Origin: Paramoeba atlantica
Lineage: Eukaryota > Protista > Discosea
DNA length: 64,000 nt
Direction: 5' to 3'
Assembly: GCA_977017575.1 (NCBI GenBank)
Contig: CDRNVI010000015.1
Coordinates: 434,001-498,000 of the forward strand
A program made the translations under genes and the position numbers. Positions 1-9,423 of the stretch are shown piece by piece. The stretch's first letter is position 1; every line of letters starts with the position of its first letter. The notes below the pieces were generated by a model. It saw only the letters and a list, made by a program, of their open reading frames with translations, did no database searches and had not been told where the DNA came from.

Positions 1-261
1 CATCGACCATCTTCACGCTCGTGAGCTTCGAGGGAAGCACAATTTACTCTCTTTTACACTTTCATAGCTTTTACACTTTCATAGTTTTTTAGGTCATGTT
101 TTCATAAAATCCTTCATGAATTCCTTAGTGTGGTATTATCAATGCCTAGCATCTGTCCCTCGCCGGAGGCATTTCTCGCCGGTTTTTGGGGCCACTTGGG
201 GCCACCAAGGCCCACTAGGGGCCACACTGGGCCACTCGGGCCCTGCATTGGGTCCAAAGGA

Positions 262-1763
262 GAGATCTCGACGCGAATATGATCGGAACGATATTTTGCG
301 CCTATTTAAACACACCTAAAAAGTAGGGTGTGCACGACGATTTTTTTCAAAAATTGCACATTTGAAAATGTGGATAAAAAAGTCTTAAAAAGCAATAAAA
401 AAGTTATTTAGTACGAAATAACCCCCCGTTCGTAACTCTTCTAACCGTTTTGGGAGGCCCTTCAGAGTCTTTTCTAGGATATCCCGCTTTTCGGTTAGGA
501 GATATTCAATAGCCTTGGTATGGCCTCTCGCAATTCATGCCTATTCTTCGGACACAAAGAACTATGAATGTAGTCATCCATGATAGACCACAAGTTTTCT
601 ATCAAGTTTAAGTCAGGTTACTTTGAGTGCCAATCAATTATGTTTAGGCCTGCTTGCAATCCCGCACGACGGGCTTGCCCATGACCCGGTGCATTGTCAA
701 GAACAATGATGGAACATGGTCGGCGTCGAACCCAATTAAAAAAGCCGCTCCTTTTACTCATGACCTTGAAAAAAGAGTCATTACTTACGGTGTCGTGCTC
801 CCCAAACTCGTGAAAACAATGAGGTTGTGGTATACCCCATTTAAGGCTGACACCCATCCATACAAGGACACCCTTCCCCCCATACCAACGATCAGTTTGG
901 GGTGGTGGTTCACGATCGGGATCGTCCTTATGGGCGAGGTAGGTAATTTTCTTACAGTGTGTACTGCAACGAAAAAGTTTTTCGTCTGTCCAGATGACAT
1001 TCTGAAGCTGACTCTCTGCCAGTCCTTCAAAATATTCTGCAAGACGCAGACGGTTTTCCTTATGTAAAAGCTTTCGAACCATCGTCTTCATGATGTACCC
1101 CATCTTTTTCAAGGCTCGTTTCACAGTCATGAGACTGCAGGGGTAGAGGTTTCGATCAAGTCTTTTGTAAACCCATTTAAATCCCGGACACCCATACGGG
1201 TTACTACGTTCACTCTCTACAAGAGTAACAAGCGTTTGCTTAAACTCGTCTGTGATAACCGTTGGACTACGTACGTAGTTTTTCCGTGGCACATCACCTG
1301 TTTTGGCAATTCGCTCAACATAGCGATGAGCACTGCTCTTTCCGCAATTCATCATACATACTGTTTCCCTCATAGATTTTCCCTGATGCACTTCGTGCGC
1401 GCTCACAATCCGTGTGCCGTAGGATGCATGCTCGGGGGATACATGACGGAAGTTTAATCTACAATGATTTATAAAAATTTAATAAAATGATTTATGTCAT
1501 TTTCCCATTTGGAACTTAATAAAAGAGAATTATATCCTTTAATAGACAATTTTAACGGGATTTGCACAATTTTTACATACATTTGCATATTTTTTGGAGG
1601 TTTTTTTATATTTTTTTACCATTTTTTACAAGTGTGTTTAACTAGGCGCAAAGTGTCGTTCCGATCATATTCGCGTCGAGATCTCCCTTTTGCAACAAAA
1701 ATCAGGTGAAACGGACCCACGGCCCAAAAATGGGAGGTGTCCCGATATTGGTGATCCCCCCTG
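262..1763 (-). mobile_element. Tc1/mariner (IS630-Tc1-mariner) DNA transposon, decayed
   Basis: ~60-bp inverted repeats 262-322 (GAGATCTCGACGCGAATATGATCGGAACGA...) and 1623-1685 enclose a DDE transposase ORF. A probable outer terminus CCCCCTG|TA lies at 1757-1765; the matching left terminus is not visible. Confidence 0.85.
495..1406 (-). pseudogene. Tc1-like DDE transposase with premature stop
   Basis: Motifs VIWTDEK, VLVWMG and IIVLDNAPGH; after an in-frame TAA at 618-620 the frame continues PDLNLIENLW (expected SPDLNPIENLW). Confidence 0.9.
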
Positions 1764-1929
1764 TATAGTTTCAACATTTCTAAAACACATTTCAACACAT
1801 TTCTAGAACAATAGGCAGTTACCACGTTCACAAATGTCATGCACATGCATTGTTTCATAACACTTTAGAGTATCTATTGAAAGTTCCCGTGCAGTGAATT
1901 CAGATTTCAAGACAACCGGATGTTTTTCA

Positions 1930-2045
1930 TCAACATGAAGTTCATCAAAACAAAATAAATGTGCTAGCATCTGTTTCCTCTACGGTCGTCTGGGCACGTA
2001 CATTGGGTTCCCCCAGTGCCAATATACACTGTAACGGCGATCTGT
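1930..2045 (-). pseudogene. SWIM zinc-finger relic
   Basis: Manual minus-strand translation VTVYIGTGGTQCTCPDDRRGNRC*HIYFVL matches the SWIM pattern CxC...CKH, with TAG (1964-1966) at the Lys position. Confidence 0.55.
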
Positions 2046-2567
2046 GTCTCGCAATGAGAAGCCAGATACGGATTTCATCAACGATACCGCTTTTGGTGAC
2101 AAAAAGGGACCAAATTCTGGCACTTTTAAACGACACTTAGGCGCGTCCTCAAGTTCTTTGAAACAAGTTCGTTTCCGAAGTCGCTCTCCACAGCGAAAAC
2201 AAGGAGTGTACGCCTCGAAGAATGATTTTTCATCCATAGAACAACATTTTCAGTAGTTTTCAGCAGGATCGAAGTCACCAATATTATTCAGGCTAATGGT
2301 GTGCACCCTAGATAGCCCATATAGACGAAATCAATGCGGAAATACAACAGGAGCGTACCAGATGTACGCATAATTACGAAAAACAATTGTAAACAAAATC
2401 TCAAAAAAAATAGGGTCAATTTAGAGTACATTTTTGCCGGATAATAGCCCTTCCTCTTTTATGCCGTATTACTTCTTTTTTTATTACGCTGAAAGAATTG
2501 TTGCATCAATTGGGTAATGAAGCGTTCCTCTCTGTCTCTAATTCGACGAAATTTCATATCAAAATGC

Positions 2568-2653
2568 TACTTTGCGCAAAAATACTTTACTTTGTGCAGA
2601 AGTGCTTTACTTTGTGCAGAAGTTCTTTACTTTGTGCAGAAGTGCTTAACTTT
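2568..2653. repeat. 20-bp tandem repeat, ~4 copies
   Basis: TACTTTGTGCAGAAGTGCTT with period 20 (TTTGTGCAGA at 2591, 2611, 2631; degenerate copy at 2571). Confidence 0.9.
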
Positions 2654-2860
2654 CCCTCATGCTATTCCTCAGCATATAGGGGTACAAACTGCGTTATCAA
2701 ATTCAAAAAATGAACCTGAATATTGAATTTTAGACCTTCAACCGGCTTTGAAAAACAAACCGCTGTTTCGCGGTGTTTCGCGCTGTTTCACAAACTTAAC
2801 CCGCAGCCCCTCACATGTATCAACATCAAAGTACGTCCTTATGTCATAAGGACTCATAAT

Positions 2861-3553
2861 TTAGGCTCTTCGTTAAACGCGGCGGTTGTTTTCAACTTAG
2901 AAGTCACTCATGCTGCGCGCTTCGCGTTGAAAACTACCACCGCGTTTAACGAAGAGCTTAAAAAAGAAAAATCTCCGAAAGATCATGAATAATCTCCTTT
3001 TTCGGGGGTAAATGCTCGATTTTTCGGCAACAATTGCGAAATTTTACACCGAATTTGGGCTGTTTTGGATGACTTACCAGTAGGGGCAGGAGTCGAATCT
3101 GTCGACAAAAACGTCGTAGAATCGTAGCTGAGGTCCGAAACTCCTAAAACACGTTTTAGGAGTCGATTTTGGAAAAATAAGATTTTTACTTTTTTTTGGG
3201 TCTAAAAAAAGAATTTTTTTGGTCACCCCAAAAATTTCGGAAATTTTGACCTTGTCGGACCCCTCCCGCGCGTACCAGGGGGGGGGGGGTGGAAAATTAT
3301 CGCCGCGGTATACTCTACCACTTCCCTACGCTCGATTTTGAAAAGCAAAAAATTCGAAAAAAAAATCGCGACGTATGCCCCTCCCCCCTGGATCCCCCAT
3401 TTTTTCGAATTTTTTTTCTGTTTTGGACCACCGGGGCCCCCTTTTATATTTTTTTCTTCTATTATATTACTGTGTTCCTCTTTATTTTTTCACTGTTTTT
3501 GATCACTTTTTTTTCAATAATCGAGGGTAGAGAGGTAGTTATAGAACCACCGC
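2861..3553 (+). mobile_element. Hairpin-ended interspersed element, copy A
   Basis: 5' long hairpin (TTAGGCTCTTCGTTAAACGC...GCGTTTAACGAAGAGCTTAA), conserved 3' ~200 bp ending ACCACCGC, AAT at 2858-2860 and 3554-3556. Confidence 0.8.
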
Positions 3554-3563
3554 AATAAGCATA

Positions 3564-3881
3564 CCGTATACCCCCCCCAGTAAGGTACCCCCCCAGTAAG
3601 AGAGATTTGGCCCTTTTTGGGCTGACCCCCAGTAAGAGAGATTTGGCTTGGGAGCCCAACAGGGGGCGTATAGGGGGTAGGGGGTGAGCGTCTGCATGTT
3701 GAGGGCCTCGGGGATAACCCAAAGAAGCGTTTTAACACGTTTTCAGAAGCAAAAAATAGAAAAAATTGTCAAAGAAGTTGGGAGAAAAGAGGAAACTGGC
3801 CAAAAAAGCATACCCCCCCCAATAAGAGAGATTTGGCCATTTCGACCCAAGACCCATTCTCCTCCAGGGGGGCGTATACGG
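3564..3881. mobile_element. TA-flanked MITE (Tc1/mariner-type)
   Basis: TIR CCGTATAC(C/G)CCCCC at both ends, TA at 3562-3563 and 3882-3883, internal repeats CCCCCAGTAAGAGAGATTTGGC. Confidence 0.75.
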
Positions 3882-3883
3882 TA

Positions 3884-4472
3884 ATAGAAGAAAAAATATA
3901 AAAAGGGGCTCCGGTGGTCCAAAACTGGAAAAACAAAATTGAAAAAAATGGGGGATTTAGGGGGGGGGGTCCAGGGGGGCATACGTCGCGAAATTTTTTT
4001 TCGATTTTTTTACTTTTCGAAATCGAGCGCAGGGAAGTGGTAGAGTAGGCCGCGGCGATAATTTTCCATCCCCCCCTGGTACGCGCAGGAGGGGTCCAAC
4101 AAGGTCAAAATTTCCGAAATTTTGGGGGTGACCCAAAAAAAAGTAAAAATATTCTTTTTCCAAAATCGACTCCTAAAACGCGTTTTAAGAGTTTTAGACC
4201 TCAGCTACCATTCTGCGACATTTTTTTCGCCAGATTCGCCTCCTACGTCTATTGGTAAGGCATCAAAAACGGCCCAAATCTGGGGTAAATTTTCGCAATT
4301 TTCGCCTAAAAATCGAGCTGTTTCACCCAAAAAAAATAGTTATTCAAGATCCTTTTTTGGCGATTTTTCTTTTTTAGGCTCTTCGTTAAACGCGGTGGTA
4401 GTTTTCAACGCGAAGCGCACAGCATGAGTGAGTTCTAAGTTGAAAACAACCGCCGCGTTAAACGAAGAGCCT
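3884..4472 (-). mobile_element. Hairpin-ended interspersed element, copy B (3'-truncated)
   Basis: Reverse complement aligns along its length with copy A; long hairpin at ~4365-4472; truncated at the MITE. Confidence 0.8.
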
Positions 4473-4725
4473 GTGTTATTGTTGTTGTTGTTGTTGTTGG
4501 TAACAAGAGCGCCTGCAATCCCCACATGCAAGCGCCGCAAGTACCACTCCAGCTCTCGGGCTCGACCCGAGTACGGGGATGCAAGGCTATCTTAGGTCGC
4601 TTCACCAGTGACAATGAACACTCCGTAGTTAGCCTACCATGTGTCACTCCCACTGGGAGGGTTCCTGTTCGAGCACGAACGCCGCGTTTTGGGAATGCTG
4701 TGTATCATGGGATACATACCACATA

Positions 4726-6509
4726 TTACATGTCTGAAGATTCTGATTCGCGAAACCCTATCGTCCTACTGACGAACGTCGTACCAAATTCTTTATACCT
4801 ATTCCACGCGTACTGCAAACGGGTCCACGTGTTTAATCTCCTAGACTCAAGATCCGCTTGTGTGTAGTTTATATTTGGTCGCGTACCGACATCTGCCAAA
4901 TTTTACTGGCTTGGAATATCACATATTATGAGTCTGCCGAAGAAGGTGGTATGGGGAGCTACTATCTCATCCAACTTTTGAATCGGCGAGTATCCTTTTA
5001 TAAAATCTCGTGATGCAGGCACGCTGTCACTGGCTATGATAACGTTCGAGAGACCTCGACGCAATGCTACTTGAATTGCGCGCGAGATGGCAGTTGCTTC
5101 GGCCAAAACTACTTCAAGTTGACATTTTTCTTCTACAACGTATTCAGACAGAATGATTCCATTTTCTAGTGGCCAGACAGCCCATCGTGTGGTAGTGGCA
5201 TCTACCGCGGCATAAAAGACTCTTTTATTGCTTGCACTTTTTCGATGCATCTTCCAATCACATAGTTTTAAGTTCTTGTGATAAATTCGTTCGGAGAGAG
5301 ATAATATTTGATGTCTTACTTCAAGTGGAATGTTTTCTGTGTCCCAATTTTCCACTGTTCCGAGATCACTTTGATGTTTTGTTAATCTACCTAGCATTCG
5401 TTGAGGTATTCCCAGGATGGTAGAGGCGTGCCGAAAATAACCGCAGTATTGAAATAATGTGCGCGGTGTTAGAGTGGACAGGGCCTGTGCTGCGCTGTGC
5501 CAACATTGGACCCTATTAGGATCGACCTTCCATGAGAGATTTCCACTATTTTGTATTATTTGAATTCCGCAGTACGTGAATATGAATGAACTAGGTTCAA
5601 GGGTGATGTATTTTGCTACGACATTGCACGCCTGGAAGTTGTGTACCAGATGCCGGTACCATTCTCTAAGTTGATTATCTGATGATACAATTAGGAAGGA
5701 ATCGTACATTAGGGCTATAAAGCCGAATCCATCTAGGCGCATGATTCCAGGTACATCAATGCTGTTAGAAGCGTTTTCGAGACATCCTGAATTAAGTGTA
5801 CTGTCTTGGCGATATAATATGATGCTCCACATCAGACTTTGGGCTATGCTGCATGCGTGCTTATAGCCCATGGGTAAGACGGTTGGTCGGAGAAACGTAT
5901 TATCTTGCCGTAAACAGCACGCTTTCCCGAGCGTCGAAGAGATTGGTATTTGATAATACCAATTTCGGATGTCGCCATGCAGAAATCTGAGTTGCTTTGC
6001 GGCACAGTCTACAAGACTAATCAGCGATTGAACAAGATCTTGCGTGCTGGGAATATTAAAATCAATGCCAGCAATTGTAGTTTTTTCATTGCACCATCGC
6101 AGGTCAAATATGGCGCGTGAATAGGTTTCGTCTTTGAAAACGGCCACATAAATATTTATTTACCCATAAATATTTATTTGCCCACACCTCGAACGACATC
6201 GGGTGCAACGGGTCTTAAAACACCGACGTCTGAAAGTGTTTGCAAATGGTTTCGATAGTGAACAGAGTTCGGCGCGTCAAGCTCATTATGAACATCTTCG
6301 AATGGCCTAGTCGAGAGTAATTCTACAGCTTGGCGCACATAGGGGGTTTTTGTGAATAAAGCATGATGGACTTTCATTCCCCCAACATTTATCAATGGAC
6401 ATAGTGGGTCCCTATCGCTCGCGAATCCTCCGCGAGAAGCATTCTCGTATAGCATTACGTCTTCGTAGCATTCTACATAGTGCTGCACAGTGGACACCAC
6501 TCTATTCAC
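4726..6509 (-). pseudogene. DIRS-group reverse transcriptase-RNase H, disrupted
   Basis: AVFKDETYSRAIFDLR, HGDIRNWYYQI, LPMGYKHA, MYDSF (YxDD-like); RNase H YAAVDAT, EATAI, IASDS, DIPSQ*NLADVGTR (in-frame TAA at 4903). A 15-bp direct duplication (6147-6161, 6165-6179) breaks the N-terminal join. Confidence 0.85.
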
Positions 6510-6643
6510 CAGTTAGATCTGAACTGGTGGGTAATACAGGCTATTACACAGTGGAGTCTAAAAACATTGTCATATCTAAAAGACATATTCTATATCCAAG
6601 CATATTTTTTTTTAATTAAAAGACTTGTTTGTAATGCGTTGCA

Positions 6644-7602
6644 TTAGGGCATAGAGTATTGCGTTACGGAATATTCAGACATCCACCGTCCACGACGAAG
6701 TCTAATTGATAAATCAACTCCTTGTCTTTTCAGATGGCCTGCTCCACCATGGCGAAGACTGTGAAAGCTCCATTTTTGATGCGGGTTCCACTTTAGTTCC
6801 GATGCGACCGTATTGATTAATTTGTTTGCCTTAACTTTGTTCCAATTAGAGAATAACAATATACATTGTATATACTATTGTTGTTTTGTAGGAGGTGCCG
6901 CAATAGAAGCTTGACCTCTGGCGCTTCTACAGTATCGACTTCATGGCGTTGACGAGCCTTTCCACCACGAATACGAATTATCGCCTCGTCCGCTATTTCA
7001 ACATCGTCTCTACGGAGAGCATGTAACTGACTGTGCCGTAAGAGAGCGTAGAACGCAATCGCATACCCTTGAGCGTAAAAAAGTTCACCCATGTTGCTGT
7101 ATGCGCGTGTTAATTCTCGAAGCTGTTCGTAAGTTATCGAGCCTCGGGGTTGGGGGTCCAAGCAGAGACGGCAGGCGCCTTTAAATCGCCTGCGAAAACG
7201 GAAAGATTGAGTACAACAGTTAAGATTGAGTCCAACAGTACAAATGGGCATATCCTCCAATTGACGCCACACCAGTGCCGCCCGAAATGATTCGAGGGTG
7301 GGGGCGCGGTAAAAACGAGAAACACTGACACAAAATGCAAGAAATGTTTCCTCAGTAATATTTGAAACACCTTGCACATCGAGTAACTCCTCCAGGCGCG
7401 AAAAGTAAAATATTCGCTTTTGCGCGGTCCTTGGGGCTACAGAAAGTTGCGCAAGTCGAAGATGATCCTGATTATACAATGAGCGTTGGATTCCCGACCT
7501 AATTTGGGAATCGTTAACACGGCGTCGCCTATGAACAACCATCTGCTCCAAAAGCAAAAATAGGGACGAGAAAACTAAAATATATGAAATAAAGGAAAGC
7601 AC
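6644..7602 (-). pseudogene. Tyrosine recombinase, frameshifted near 6820-6860
   Basis: Catalytic set R (ALLRHSQL), K (RGGKAR), HxxR (HSLRHGG), W (RGRW) and Y (VTQY) split over ORFs 6817-7602 and 6644-6859. Confidence 0.88.
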
Positions 7603-8089
7603 GTCGCGAATATGACGTCTAATACGACGCTCCTATTTTTTAAATTTCTATGCTCATTTTTATGAGCAGAAACTAGATAGTGCTCAAGATAAATCTAAAA
7701 TGAGCTATAGTGTGAGCTTGCCGACTGAGAGTATATGGGGATGTATTGTGCTGAATGCTTCATTCATAAAAAAATCGCTGTACGGATAACTTGAGTATGC
7801 TTATAGCACAAGTGTTTATAATGATATGGCGTATAGCACTCTATATTGCGTATATTAATGAAATTTTTGCTCTTATATTTAAAAATACTTTTCCGTTATA
7901 AAGTATAATGCATAGAAATATTCGATGGAGTTCAACAAGTATTCGATGGTGTTCAACTCATGCTACTGATGTGTACTAGGTGAATGTATTCCGATAGTTT
8001 TTATTCCGAGTTGTTGCATAAATCCGATTACTAATATTTCTACAAAAGAAAAATATTAAAAATATTAAAAAAAAAGAAAAACAGATTAA

Positions 8090-8125
8090 AATTAACGATA
8101 AAGATACAGCTTCTGTACCTTGTTG
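8090..8125 (+). other. Degenerate spliced-leader (mini-exon)-like sequence
   Basis: AATTAACGATAAAGATACAGCTTCTGTACCTTGTTG aligns with the kinetoplastid SL pattern AACTAACGCTA...ACAGTTTCTGTACTWTATTG with a ~3-nt gap; no GT donor follows. Confidence 0.65.
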
Positions 8126-8156
8126 CTTTTCTTTCCTACTGACTTACAATACACCA

Positions 8157-9171
8157 ATGAAAGACCCTCGGTCAGGGGGGAAACTGTGGTGTTGTCACTG
8201 TGGCACACGTTTTGTCCCACAGAGCCCCTCCCATCGCTTTCGCGGGAATTGCTCATCCAAATTCGTGTCTCCTCCCACACAACCTGCTATCAGGTCGTAT
8301 CCGCCGCGCAAGGCTTTCGCACCGAAATCACTTCCCTCCCGACGCCCGCAAGAAATCCTGTGTGGGCTGCTCCGCCCCTTTTTACCCAGCGAGACCGTAC
8401 TTCCGGTGGTGCGAGCCTTGCTCGGTATCACAATCGAACGCTTAGTCAGAATCCAAAACATGCGAAGTCTGCTCCTCCTCCTTTACCCCCGCGCGCCATT
8501 ACTTTAGACGCTGCGATGAGTGTGACTTGCTACCCCCGCAGAAACGCACCATTGCTTCATCGTCGAAGCCCCCTCGTATCACCGCCTCCGCGAATCACAT
8601 CCGTAGTGTGACCTCAAAACTTTCGCCGCAGTCCACCGCCCCCTCCAAGAGAACTTATCGGTGCACATATGCTCAAGCACTCGAGTCACATTTTGGCGAA
8701 CGTCCGAAGCCCTCTTTCGCTCCAATGGGCTGAAATACAAGCGCGCCCAAAGTGGTGCGACACCGCGCACTTACTCTCGATGAGCGCTTCTCATTAATTG
8801 AAAAGGCTCAGAAGGAGTCTCGGCCCCAGGTTATGAAAAGAACTCGGACGCCTAATGATGGATTCCTGGCCTATATAGAAGCATGCTCGGAAGCACACGA
8901 GTTCTCCTCAGCCGTGGCACAGCTGCTTGTCCAGGAGGAATTGTCCCGACACAAGATTTACGTCGCCAATTTACAGGTCATAAAACAGTACCACATCGCC
9001 TTGACCCGTAAACTATCCATCACGAAAAAGCTGGGGCACGTATGCTCCACATGCAGCAAGCAATTCATGGACGCTTCACTCCTCCACGAACACCAACGAA
9101 CCCATCTTGAACATGACATTAAAAAGGCCTTCCGATTAGCTTTGGAAAGAGAGAAGACCCTCCTAGAATAA
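8157..9171 (+). pseudogene. ORF1-like fragments of the CRE-like element with zinc fingers
   Basis: WCCHCGTRF near 8190 and C2H2 CSTCSKQFMDASLLHEHQRTH in ORF 8752-9171; interrupted by stops. Confidence 0.55.
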
Positions 9172-9423
9172 AGTAAAGCCTTTGAGACCGTCCTGTTGCC
9201 CATGGCCCGGTACTCGGGCCTGCCTCACGACAGCCCCGATTCCCCTCTCGAGAAATTTCCGATATCCCCATAGAGGAGTGGATGTACGACGACGACAACG
9301 AGCGGGAACCGGGAGACACTAGTATAGATGTACGCCTGTGCTTTTCCCCGGACTCCGCTGCAAGTATACAGATAAAACAAATATCTCCCAGCCATTCCCT
9401 ACAATTCGTCCGCGACAGGTTCT

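Larger units (their letters stand above)
4473..7700 (-). mobile_element. Tyrosine-recombinase retrotransposon, VIPER/TATE-like gene order (YR then RT-RNase H)
   Basis: YR ORF upstream of an RT-RNase H ORF on the same strand; (AAC)n run at the 3' edge (4475-4498). Boundaries are approximate. Confidence 0.8.

Noticed and set aside
2723-4653. Short ORFs across the hairpin elements (also 16185-17023 and 58039-58939)
   Set aside because: They are low-complexity Phe/Lys/Pro translations of non-coding repeats, and the frames are not conserved between copies.
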